A stretch of 63,699 nt of DNA, counting the filler, from Octopus bimaculoides (Eukaryota), in assembly GCF_001194135.2 (NCBI RefSeq). It is 5 parts of 5 records of this genome, joined end to end, with 100 filler letters (N's around TTAATTAATTAA, not from the genome) between each part and the next. Parts side by side here need not be neighbours in the genome. Positions count along the whole stretch, not along the records: positions 33,614 to 45,792 come from NW_026356125.1; positions 45,893 to 63,699 come from NC_068987.1; 3 more parts are not named here. One strand, given 5' to 3'. Numbering within the stretch: position 1 is the first letter of the stretch; every line of letters starts with the position of its first letter. The position numbers and the translations under genes are program-made. Shown here one piece after another: positions 37,201 to 48,967 of this stretch. Under the pieces are notes generated by a model. The model was given only the letters and a program-made list of their open reading frames with translations. It was not told the DNA's origin and did not search any database.

Positions 37201-37890
37201 TTAGTCGGCGTCTGCAGGAGGGGAACCCCCCCGCTTTTTCCACTCCATCTGAGGCCCGTGGAGTCGGAGGTATAAAATTCTCCGACATAGTTGGAATGTA
37301 GTCCAATCTTGGGGCTCCAACATCATTTCTGTAGTTGTTAAATACGTTGAATATTTTTCTTGTTGTTTTATAAATGGCTGTGCCATTTTTTTATTCTATC
37401 TTTCTCATTTTTCTTTTTTCGATAGTTGCTAGGTGGTTCATAAGCTCTCTGTTTGTGGTTCGAACCACCATGTAGCAACTGTCTTTTTCTTTGGGTTCCC
37501 GCTTTTTGTTTTTTTTTCTGTTCTTGTTTGTTTTTCGTTGGGGAGGGTTGTTTCAATTTTCTTTTATTGGACACAGTAGTCCAACCCTCTCCAGCCTTTT
37601 CCACTGGAACTGGTGTTGGTTCCTTTTTAGCTTCCTGTTCCTTTTGATTCTCCTCCACTACTTCAGGTTCCTTTCTTTTTTCCTCCGTTTCTTCCTGGCT
37701 GGTTTTTTTCTCCGCTATGTTCTGTTTACAGTCCACCCTGAGGTGGCCCTTCTTCCCACACTGGAAGCAACGAGGTTGGCGGCCTTCCACTGACACAACC
37801 AGTCGTGTCCCACCAACCTCAAAACTGTCGATTATCTCTTCTAGTGTGATCTGTTCCGCCTGTATTATTACTTTCAGGGCCTGGCCGTAC
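37201..37890 (-). mobile_element. L1/Tx1-clade ORF1 C-terminal part with a CCHC zinc knuckle
   Basis: CFQCGKKGHLRVDC (Cx2Cx4Hx4C) followed by a Lys/Glu-rich tail; a stop at 37201-37203 lies 12 bp before the ORF2 ATG. Confidence 0.88.
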
Positions 37891-38487
37891 NNNNNNNNNN
37901 NNNNNNNNNNNNNNNNNNNNNNNNNNNNNNNNNNNNNNNNNNNNNNNNNNNNNNNNNNNNNNNNNNNNNNNNNNNNNNNNNNNNNNNNNNNNNNNNNNNN
38001 NNNNNNNNNNNNNNNNNNNNNNNNNNNNNNNNNNNNNNNNNNNNNNNNNNNNNNNNNNNNNNNNNNNNNNNNNNNNNNNNNNNNNNNNNNNNNNNNNNNN
38101 NNNNNNNNNNNNNNNNNNNNNNNNNNNNNNNNNNNNNNNNNNNNNNNNNNNNNNNNNNNNNNNNNNNNNNNNNNNNNNNNNNNNNNNNNNNNNNNNNNNN
38201 NNNNNNNNNNNNNNNNNNNNNNNNNNNNNNNNNNNNNNNNNNNNNNNNNNNNNNNNNNNNNNNNNNNNNNNNNNNNNNNNNNNNNNNNNNNNNNNNNNNN
38301 NNNNNNNNNNNNNNNNNNNNNNNNNNNNNNNNNNNNNNNNNNNNNNNNNNNNNNNNNNNNNNNNNNNNNNNNNNNNNNNNNNNNNNNNNNNNNNNNNNNN
38401 NNNNNNNNNNNNNNNNNNNNNNNNNNNNNNNNNNNNNNNNNNNNNNNNNNNNNNNNNNNNNNNNNNNNNNNNNNNNNNNNNNNNNNC

Positions 38488-38863
38488 CGAGACCCAGAGT
38501 CGTTCCCAGGCCATCGTCACATTCTGCCTCTACTAACCCTCTATAGAAGAATGCTGTAGAACCCCCGCTGCTGGCGTTGCCCGAGCGTCGGAATAACAGG
38601 AGGGCCTTACGACACTCCATGTACCATAAACTCAACTTCGGACTGCGAAAGCACCAAGCTTCCTTTGCACTCATACTGGCGAACTTGGGGAACATTTGTC
38701 TTGCCAACGGAGACCACACCTGGTCACCATCCAGGAGTATCCAAAGATGCCTCAACCTCAACGCGTGCCTGTGCATCATCAACCAAGGCATCCCTAAACC
38801 TCCCTTTGACGGTTTCTGGCAACAGATAGAGCGTCTCATTCGTTTTATGTTTTTTGTCCCCAC
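38488..38863 (-). mobile_element. L1/Tx1-clade ORF2, post-RT fragment
   Basis: RSICCQKPSKGGLGMPWLMMHRHALRLRHLW. Confidence 0.8.
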
Positions 38864-39830
38864 TGTAGTCTTGTCTGTCCTTGTGGTGTCCCCATCTGTG
38901 TTTGGGGCTTTATGCCTAATAAAGAAATCGCATGTCGTAACATTTGTATGTAAGTTTACCCTGTTTGCACTCTATTGTGTTTAGAATACAGTGGTGTACC
39001 CCCGAAATGGCCATAGGTGTTGTACGTGGTTTTCGTGAAATTGATTTTACTGATTGATACCTGCTGGGTGCTGTATTTGTATTTTGACCCATGTGTTGTG
39101 AACTTTTGGACATGGTGAGTGGAATTAAATTTTACATGTTTTACCTGCTGATACCTGCTGGGTGCCTGTTATTCACTCTTGTATATACCTAACTGGTGCG
39201 GACTTGCCTATTGGTGTCTACTGTTTTTGAGTTGTAAAATGTGCCCGAGGGAGATGTAGAACCTTGTTTTAACTCTAAATGGTCTTAAATCATTTCTGTC
39301 CTTGATTTTTAACCGATGGACTACTTTATGGTACCTCATTTCTTTATTTTATTTTATTTTATATCGACCTATATTATATTATATATTTGAAATTTTTAAT
39401 CTTTTTAATCGTATTAATTTTAACTTCTATGAAATGATATATATGTGTATTGTATTATACCTTTAACTCAATTTTTTTCATTCGCATTTTATCGGTTGAA
39501 ACAGTATATTCGTGTATAAAATTTTATACTATTTTATTTCTTGCATCTTACTTTTTATATATTTCTTATTCTTTTATTTATTATTTCTTCTTACGTTATT
39601 TTTCTTACGTTATTTCTTCTTATTCCTTATGTTTGACGGATTATGTTGTATATCTTATACATGTTCATTGAGCGGGTGTGATATGTTGAGTCGTTAACCC
39701 AGCGTTTTTATTTTATAACTAATATTTTACTCTTGTCTCAATTATTCTGAGCACTTCTCCTTGCAGCCCTGTATAAAATCTATTAGTTTCACAATAAGAA
39801 ACCATTAACATTACACACACACACACACAC

Positions 39831-39865
<35 letters not shown>

Positions 39866-40728
39866 NNNNNNNNNNNNNNNNNNNNNNNNNNNNNNNNNNN
39901 NNNNNNNNNNNNNNNNNNNNNNNNNNNNNNNNNNNNNNNNNNNNNNNNNNNNNNNNNNNNNNNNNNNNNNNNNNNNNNNNNNNNNNNNNNNNNNNNNNNN
40001 NNNNNNNNNNNNNNNNNNNNNNNNNNNNNTTAAGTAAAAAATTGAGAAACATCTTTTACAGTTGTTTCAATTCAAGACCTACAGAAAATTAATTAATAAA
40101 ATTAAAAATTATTTGAAAGTCGAATCTTGTCAGAGGTAGTTTAAGATATACAAAATAGGTGTTCAATTCCTGCATGTTGAGTAAATGGCTGCAAACTGTT
40201 AACTGATAAAATTTATACTTAAAGAACATAGTATAAAACATGATATAGACCTTAGAAAGGGGAATAAGGTAGTGTATATTGGAGTTGTAAGAATAGATCG
40301 ATATATTCATCTAGGGTGTTTAGTAAAAGAAAAGCTCAAGTAGATATATTGGTATAAATGTCATATATTGCGATATTATGTCCATCCATATTAAAGCAAT
40401 AGAAAATTAGTATGTAGAGTTTAATTCAAATATGTATAGTCATTATTAATACTTAATTAAGGTGGAAGTCATTCCAGGCAATTTATTCTTTACTGTAAAT
40501 GTCGAGAGGGTTAAAAGACTTATAAGATATATTAACTTAATGCTAGGCTACATAAAAATTTTAAAATAAAATTAAAAATTTCAGATATGCAGCATTCCCT
40601 TGGTGAGATACTGGATGTAAATATGTTAAGAGGCTAACGTAAGGAGATATAGTATTTATCATAAATAAATAAATAAATAAATAAATAAGGAAGTAAATAT
40701 ATGCTTATAAATGTAATAATAAGGACTT

Positions 40729-40931
40729 AAATATAGGTTAGTTCAACAAGATTAATCAAAACTTATTAAAAATTATTTAAATTGTTAAATATATTGCCCT
40801 CAAAACCAGAAGTAGGTATTTAATACAGAGGTGAAGAGCTAAAGAACAGCTAGGAATAATCAAATTAGGGACATACCAAAACGAAACCAGGTAGAAATAA
40901 ATATGTATTTTTAACAGTAAATTAGAAAATA
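40729..40931 (+). repeat. Left arm of a ~200-bp inverted repeat (partner at 45461-45668)
   Basis: agttcaacaagattaatcaaaacttattaaa...ttagggacataccaaaacgaaaccaggtagaaataaatatgtat matches the reverse complement of 45461-45668; its distal half repeats at 40954-41060. Confidence 0.85.
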
Positions 40932-41920
40932 TCTTGGTTCATATAGTAAAATTAATATAGAGGTGAAGAACTGATGAAAAACTAGGAGCAATCTAAATTA
41001 GGGACATACAAAAATGAAACCTGGTAAAGGTAAACATATTTTACGGTGAATTAGAAAATAGCTAAAATGTGTGGCACTTATAATACAATTCAATATTAAA
41101 GCAAATAAAAATTATTATTTTCATAAATGAATAACTTAATGGTTAGATATACCTTCTTGCAAGAAGATTGCAGCGGTAGCTAGATTGTTGAATGATCTCC
41201 CTTGCAAGAAAGATTATAGAGTAACCTCCCTTTACTAAGTTTCTCAAAGCATCTGTGTCATGAGATGTAATTCTTAATTATTCAAGAAGCTTAGCGGTTC
41301 TCTTGGAAGTTTCTAGAATGTCTAGCGTTCCATTAATAAAAACAGCTTGCTAACCCAGTTCTTCGCTTCTTAGTCGATTAGATTTAGAGCCATTCACGTC
41401 ATTGCTATGTTCGTCTATTTCTCTACACCACATGACTGAAAACACCACTTAGCTGTTATTTCTATATTTCCTATCTCTGAACTTTCTTGCATAGATTACT
41501 TCATTCAACTAGATTCTACATTTTGATTATGTATCATCATCGATCAGCAAATAAAATATATTTTTATGTAGTAAACATATAGTTGCTGAATTTATTCTTC
41601 ATCTCAATATGAACTCTTGTAATAATATATATGCAGCCACATCAACACCTCTGTACTGACCATATATAACCACCACATAAATTGGTGACCCCACAAAGAA
41701 ACAAAAATTGGATCCTGAATTCCTGAATTCTACCCTGGAGAATAATCACTACAAGATAAAAAAAAGCGTAAAAAAATTATTGTACATGAGATAGCAATAC
41801 GTAGAAAGAAAGAGAGAGGGGGATACAGAAGAATCAATAAAAGGAATTACTATGTTTGAGATATAGAAAATCAATAGCGAAACTGTCAAGTGGAGGGTAA
41901 GAAATAAGTTGCTAGAAAGC

Positions 41921-42475
41921 AAACAAATAAATAATAAAAATGGGGCTAGATAAATAATGTGCAGCTTAGTCATAGGAGACATGTGCAAGGTATGAAGTAA
42001 AAAAATTATGCTAAAAATATAAAAGGAATCAACTAAGAAATAGAAAGAAAACTATAAAATATAAATTATTTGATTAATTAAAGGCTGGAATATAGTGAAA
42101 ATAATAGTGTGTTAGGAGAAAGGTGAAAGTAAACTGTAATTATAGTATGTATATATAGGTGAAGATAGGACCAAATATAGAAAAAAGGCAAACAAATAAA
42201 TAAGGGGCTAGATAAAAAATGTGCCGATTAGAGTCTTAGAGGTGTGCAAGGTATGATGTAAAAATATTAAACTAAGTGATAAGTTATGTGGGTTTTTAAC
42301 TAAAAAAATATTAAAGCATTCTATCAAGTGATAAGAAGAAAACTAAAGAAAGTAAAATATTTAATTAATTAAAGGCTGGAAGATAGAGAGAATAATAGTG
42401 AGTGCATTAGGAGGTAGTTGTAAGTAAACTGTAATTATAGTATGTATGTATAGGTAGAGGTAGGACCAAATATAG
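41921..42475. repeat. Diverged tandem duplication (41921-42180 / 42190-42475)
   Basis: Shared blocks ggggctagataaa, gtgcaaggtatga, ttaattaaaggctggaa, gtaaactgtaattatagtatgtat, taggaccaaatatag. Confidence 0.8.
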
Positions 42476-42761
42476 TTTAAATAGTAAAGCCAAGTAATCA
42501 GAAAATAATTGAAAGGATTAGTTGTAAAGATATAGATATCAATAGATAAATATACATGGCAAGAGATAAATATATTAGGGGAACAAAAAGGTTAGATTAT
42601 TATGAGAGAGATGAAAGTTATACTGTAAACATAATATGTGTACATAATAAATATGAAGTTATAATCATATAGTTATTAAATTAATAAGCCAAGCAATATG
42701 AATAAGAAAGGGTAAATTTATAAATACAGACATGAATAAATGTATATACATAGTAAGGAAT

Positions 42762-42958
42762 AAATATAACGAGAGAACCATAAAGGGATAAAGACAATAT
42801 AGTATGAGAGAAAGGGGTAAATAAATTGTTAAGCAATTTAAACATGCATGTAAGTATAAGGAATAAAAATAACTAAAAAAGTAACTAAAAAATACTATAT
42901 CCATGTACCAAAATTACAAATTTGGTCATGTATATACGAGAGACATTGCGTTCATCTC
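42762..42958 (-). repeat. Partial duplicate of the Penelope ORF 3' end (43052-43239), pLTR-like
   Basis: aatttaaacatgcatgt.a.tataaggaataa and ttggtcatgt.tat.c.agaga.attg.gttcatctc occur in both. Confidence 0.7.
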
Positions 42959-43177
42959 AAAAAAGGGTAAAAATATAAATACAGATATAGATAAATATAT
43001 ATAAATATATATAAAATATATATATATAAATACATATATACGGTAAAGATGAAATATAAAATGGGAACCTTTAAGAGAGGTTTAAATACCATAAAGCATA
43101 ATGGAAAGGGGTAGTAAGCTGTTATCTAATTTAAACATGCATGTTAATATAAGGAATAAGAATAGCTATATAATATT

Positions 43178-45420
43178 TTATCCATATTTTGAAAATATAA
43201 ACTTGGTCATGTGTATGCAAGAGATATTGTGTTCATCTCTGAGGTTAAGAATAGGGTATTTTGCAGAGAGAATATAAAATCTTTCATTTAAGTATAAAAG
43301 ACATTTTTTCATATTAATTTGATAAGGTACCGAGGTGAGTGTTTCCCATTTCAAATCGTATCTTTTAACTCCCAAATAAATTCACTTAGTCCTGTAGAGT
43401 TAGATTTATATTTATTTCTTAAAGTATAGAAGTGAGTGGCAGTACGTTTTTTAACCTTATTTTGTGTAGAACCAATATAAGAATTTTTCATTCCCTGTGC
43501 CATTACAGTACATTGATATATTATGCTTTTATGCATACACGTGTTTTTAAATAAGCAATTACTTTTAATCTTACAACCATAACTATTATATATATTATCA
43601 ACATTAGGAATATTAGGTGAATAGATCCTACAGTAAGTACTGGCGCTGTTCAGCAGAATTGTGTTATTATTGTTATTATTGGTATCAGGGTTAATTACAG
43701 GGAGGTTTAGAATATTGCTATTATTATTCCTGCTAGAATTACTTCTGTTCAAGTAGAATGTCTAATTTCCTATTATTTATAGAAGATATGATAGCTGCAA
43801 GGTTATGGGTTAAACTATATCAAATATTAATAATTTTATTATTGATAATTTCATGATACCTATTGTTATAATATAAAATGCTTGTAAATAGTTGAAAGGA
43901 TTGATTTTATCAAGTTACTTTTAATTTGCATTGCAAAAGGCAAAATCAACTATATATTATTATTAGATAATTCATCATTTCTATTAAAAGTGGGGGTATT
44001 GTTGCCTGTTTTATATTTATTAGGTATATAGTTATTTTTATTTTTATTATTTTTATTATCAGGTGTGATTTCCTTTATATTCTTAACCTTCAAATTACAA
44101 TCCAGCTTAGTGTTAGTTCTATTCAAGGTTTTACTCATGCTATTATTATTATAATTCATATTATAATTATATCTATTTTAGCAAGTATTTCATTTTTTAT
44201 TCTTAGTCTTATTTTTATTACCATTTATATTTTTATATAAGATTTTCTTATAGTTAATATTTATTCCTATAAGTTTAGTATTAGTGTTATTGCCATTATA
44301 TACATTAGTTTTTATGCTAGGGTTATTTTCATTTGCATTTGTATTTGTACCATTGTTGTTATTATAATTATTATTACTACTGTTGTTATTATTAGCATCG
44401 TTCATGTTACTATTATCATAATCAATATTATCTATATGTGGAATGTATTTTATTTTATCATTATAACCAGCATTTTCTAAAGCTATATTATATTGGTCTT
44501 TATGCTTATTAAATATTTCTTCATTAGAAGATAGGTAAGAAATTATTCCACTAATATATTTAATTAATGCATTTTTAATTGAGGCTGGATGATTACTCTG
44601 GGAATGTATGTATTTAATAATTGAGTTAGGTTTTTTAAATGGTTCATGTCATCCTGTTACTTAGTTAATGTTAGCATCTAAGAAATTAATAGAGCTATAT
44701 TCTTTTTCTATTGTGATAGTAAGGCCAAATCTCTTAAAGAATTTATAATCCGTTTCTTAATAAGTTCCATATGTCTGTTAGAGAAGATTTTTACAATAAG
44801 CAATGCATCATCCCTATATAATCCTTCCGCAATCTCTGGGAATTCGTCATGCAGCAAAGAGAGAAGATAAATTCCTACTAAGTTAGTGAGCTGGGCAGAA
44901 TCTGGGGAACCCATTGTTACATCAAAGCAGTCAGGGGTATCCTTCCTTACCCATAATTTATTGTTGAATTCCATAAGTGATTTACGTGCTGCAAGAATTA
45001 CATTAATTTCCTTCATAGAAATACTCGTATTTTTTCTTGCAAATAAGAGTGCACTATTTACTACAGTAGGATTTATAGAGGAATAGTAATTTTCAATATC
45101 GATCAGCAGTAATCTGTATTTGCATTTATGCTGAATATTAGAAAACCATGTTAATGCATTCGGCATGTTAGACCATAATTCTGGAGCTATTTTATTTTTA
45201 AGTAAAAGTATGTATTAGTCCAGGATAATTTTATTAAGTTTGCCTAAATCAGGTTTTGCAGGGCATATAATCCTAGCTTTAGGATCAGTTAAAAAGTTTT
45301 CTTTGTGGTCCTTAAGCGTGATGTGGGGCCTTACAGGTACAAAAGGCTCAGTTTTGTCTTGAATGTTATATTCATATTCTTAGCACCTGTGTTAATTAAT
45401 TTGAATGTTTTATGCTTACT
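43178..45420 (-). pseudogene. Decayed Penelope-like element ORF (RT + GIY-YIG endonuclease)
   Basis: HITLKDHKENFLTDPKARIICPAKPDLG, LIDIENYYSSI, FDVTMGSPDSAQLTNLVGIYLL, GLYRDDAL; then CKIKSNCLFKNTCMHKSIIYQCTV...YIGSTQNKVKKR...NSTGLSEFIWELK; several stops and frameshifts. Confidence 0.9.
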
Positions 45421-45460
45421 ACCATTATATTTTTATATATTTCTGAAATATATTTTCATA

Positions 45461-45668
45461 TATTTTTTCTAATTCACCGTAAAAGATACATATTTATTTC
45501 TACCTGGTTTCGTTTTGGTATGTCCCTAATTTAGATTATTTCCAGCTGTTTTTTTTAGCTCTCCACTTCTATATTAAATAACTATTTTCGGTTTTGAGGG
45601 CAATATATTTAACTATTTAAATAAATTTTAATAAGTTTTGATTAATCTTGTTGAACTGACCCATATTT
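45461..45668 (-). repeat. Right arm of the ~200-bp inverted repeat, upstream of the Penelope ORF
   Basis: See 40729-40931. Confidence 0.85.
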
Positions 45669-45792
45669 GCTCGACTGAAGGCGGTGCTCCAGCATGACCG
45701 CAGTCAAATGACTGAAACAAAGAATAAAATAATACTAATTTACTATTGCTTTAATATGGATGGACATAATATCACAATATATGACATTTATA

Positions 45793-45892
45793 NNNNNNNN
45801 NNNNNNNNNNNNNNNNNNNNNNNNNNNNNNNNNNNNTTAATTAATTAANNNNNNNNNNNNNNNNNNNNNNNNNNNNNNNNNNNNNNNNNNNN
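45793..45892. other. Artificial assembly join (44N-TTAATTAATTAA-44N)
   Basis: Same block as 9835-9934. Confidence 0.9.
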
Positions 45893-45920
45893 GTGTGTGT
45901 GTGTGTGTGTGTGTGTGTGT

Positions 45921-46109
45921 GGAGGTGCATGGCCTAGTGGTTAGTGTGTCAGCATCATGATCGTAAGAATGTGGTTTCATTTCACGTTGCTCCAGTCCAC
46001 TCAGTTGGCAAAAATGAGTAACTCTGCGATGGACTGGCGTCCCATCCAGCTGGTGAACACATATGCCATTGAAACCGAGAAACCTGGCTAGGCTTCAAAA
46101 GGGCGCATT
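45921..46109 (+). mobile_element. SINE family D with internal deletion
   Basis: ggaggtgcatggcctagtggttag...cacgttgctccagtccactcag...gcgatggactggcgtcccatccag. Confidence 0.8.
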
Positions 46110-46590
46110 TATTATTTATATAAAAGAAAAATGTAAGGTAAATAAACAAACGCCATACGTATACTAGGTGTACAACCGGAAAGGGAGACAAACACAGAAG
46201 GTCCCTGATTCTTCATCAGTTATCAACCAATTGGTAATACTCAGTTTCGCACCATTAATAATAAGACTGAGGGCTTCTCATGTTGGCGGTGCCCGTAAAA
46301 ATCCTTTTGCGGAGAATTCAGTGCCGAGAGTAAAACAAAAGAAGGCAAAATAACACAGAGCGTGATTTAGGACGGTGATCAAGGACGAACAGACAAGCAA
46401 AATACGGCCTTTGTGCCAAGAAGACAAGTATAGTGGGTTACACTTAGGAGATATCCTAAAGGATAGAGAACGGGGTGACATATGTATATGAAGTAAAAGC
46501 AGCTCTAGCATAATAAATATTATTAAATATATATACTAATGTATCTGCTGCGTGTATTTTCCGGTGACTGCAATGACGTAGTGGAGTATA

Positions 46591-46640
46591 TAGCTCTCGT
46601 GTCATGACTCAGCACCTTAGAGTCATGGACAGGCGAGCTA
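46591..46640. other. Isolated 50-nt hairpin, pre-miRNA size
   Basis: tagctctcgtgtcatgactc / loop agcacctta / gagtcatggacaggcgagcta: about 18 pairs, two mismatches and one bulge. Confidence 0.3.
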
Positions 46641-46673
46641 CCACAACGCATACATGTTAGTATATGTGTGTGT

Positions 46674-46737
<64 letters not shown>

Positions 46738-47507
46738 NNNNNNNNNNNNNNNNNNNNNNNNNNNNNNNNNNNNNNNNNNNNNNNNNNNNNNNNNNNNNNN
46801 NNNNNNNNNNNNNNNNNNNNNNNNNNNNNNNNNNNNNNNNNNNNNNNNNNNNNNNNNNNNNNNNNNNNNNNNNNNNNNNNNNNNNNNNNNNNNNNNNNNN
46901 NNNNNNNNNNNNNNNNNNNNNNNNNNNNNNNNNNNNNNNNNNNNNNNNNNNNNNNNNNNNNNNNNNNNNNNNNNNNNNNNNNNNNNNNNNNNNNNNNNNN
47001 NNNNNNNNNNNNNNNNNNNNNNNNNNNNNNNNNNNNNNNNNNNNNNNNNNNNNNNNNNNNNNNNNNNNNNNNNNNNNNNNNNNNNNNNNNNNNNNNNNNN
47101 NNNNNNNNNNNNNNNNNNNNNNNNNNNNNNNNNNNNNNNNNNNNNNNNNNNNNNNNNNNNNNNNNNNNNNNNNNNNNNNNNNNNNNNNNNNNNNNNNNNN
47201 NNNNNNNNNNNNNNNNNNNNNNNNNNNNNNNNNNNNNNNNNNNNNNNNNNNNNNNNNNNNNNNNNNNNNNNNNNNNNNNNNNNNNNNNNNNCCTTATCCT
47301 TTTTTTTTTTCTTTTCTTTTACAGGTTGGGATATCAAAGAATGTTAACAACATGATACATGATCCAGATTTCAAAAATCTGTCAGTATTAACTTGAAAAG
47401 CAACAAAGAAAGGCAAGACTTCCCAGAAACTGGGCGCTGCTTTTGACTCACCCTGTATATAACAAACGATAATGACGGGAAATGGAATGCACGGGGAACT
47501 TAATTGC

Positions 47508-47610
47508 TCACAACGATCGTTTCGAAGAATCCTGTATCGATCCGTCGCTAGTGGGAAGCTATATAACTAGTTGTAGTGCATCCCTCGGTGCAGAGCCTTT
47601 CGTCAGGTGA
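47508..47610 (-). ncRNA. Hammerhead-like motif with an enlarged stem II region
   Basis: UCAC CUGACGA [76 nt] GAAA CGAUCG UU GUGA; 4-bp stem I, palindromic ACGAUCGU stem III. Confidence 0.3.
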
Positions 47611-47769
47611 TGTAATAAGAGGCATCGCGTTAAATGAACTCCGTTTCGCTCGGATTTAATACAGCGTGTTGTAAGTGACCGTAGATTAAGGCTGCTGGGC
47701 AGGAACGGCCTGGGACAGGTTCCGTTGCAGAGTTATAAGTACAGGCGGTGGGGGTCTGGTACCGTATTC

Positions 47770-48460
47770 TATCGCACGCTACTGCTGAACTATCAAGAAA
47801 ACGGGACGTAAACAAACCAACACCGGTTGTCAAGTGGTGGGTGAAACAAACACATAGACGTACACATACATACATACATACATATTTATATTTTTGCCTT
47901 TTACTTGTTTAATCACAGGACTGCAGCCATGCTGGAGCATCAGTCGAACAAATCAACTTCAATACATTTCCGTCCTATTTTTTCTTTAGTCTGGTGCTTG
48001 TTCTATTTTTTGTTGGTTTTTTGCGGCGAACTGCTAAGTTACGGGGACGTAAGACAATCAACAGCGGTCGCCAAACAGTAGTGAGGACACATATAAACAT
48101 ACACATACGCACGTTCATACAAACACACACACATGCACATACACACACACATACATATACATATATACACATACATATATATACATAAATACATATATAT
48201 GTGTGTGTGTACTCAAATCTGTGTGTATATATACACATATATGTATGTGTGTGTACAAAAATCTGTATATATATGTGTGTGTATGTGTGTGTACGTGTAC
48301 GGCGGGCTTCCACACAGTTTCCCACTACCAAATTCACTCACAAGACACTAGTCAGTCCGGTGCTATAATAGAATACATTTGACCAAGGTGACGCACAGTG
48401 GGACTGAACCCTAAACTACACGGTTGTAAAGCGAACTTCTTAACCACACGGCCATGCTTG
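47770..48460 (-). mobile_element. SINE family C pieces interrupted by (AT/AC)n
   Basis: Body and tail pieces at 47770-48080; head ...gactgaaccc...cttcttaaccacacggccatgcttgcgc at 48300-48460. Confidence 0.8.
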
Positions 48461-48834
48461 CGCTCTCTTGATATGTTGTCAATATTTGTAAATATTGAGT
48501 GAGTTAGTACGTGAAAGGAGACCTTTCCCTAAATAGCATTTAGAGAAAAGGCCCTTGTTAATACCATCAGGATGTAGGTGAACTTAGTGGGCGCACCATC
48601 CCACCTCTTTGAACTATATTCTGTTATAGAACATATTTGTGGTTTCTAAGCAACTAAAGTGTCGCAGACCTGGAGAGGAAGCCCAGCCTTTCTGGAGCAA
48701 TTGTGATGTTTGTACGATTTCTAAATAAGAACGTCGAAGTTTTATTCGACCGAACCTGCATCAGAAGTGTGATTGGTCGTGTGAGTTATAGTATTGCTCA
48801 TATCATTATTGAGGTTATCTTTTAATCTCTTATC

Positions 48835-48967
48835 CGTTACTTGTTTCAGTCTTCAAACCGCGCGGCCATGCTGGGACACCACCTTGAAGAATTTCTAGTC
48901 GAACGAATTGACCCCAATGCTTTATTTTCATTATTTAAAAGCCTGTTATACTATCTTTTGCCGATAT
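48835..48967 (-). mobile_element. SINE family C, tail
   Basis: tacttgtttcagtc...gcggccatgctgggacaccaccttgaag...tagtcgaacgaattgacccc. Confidence 0.75.

Noticed and set aside
40822-41060. Possible dimeric hammerhead in the Penelope-associated tandem repeat (CTGATGA...GAAACCTGGTA; GAAACCAGGTA)
   Set aside because: The two stem III-like heptamers are complementary, but no stem I or stem II can be drawn and only one copy has CTGATGA. Worth rechecking on a family consensus.
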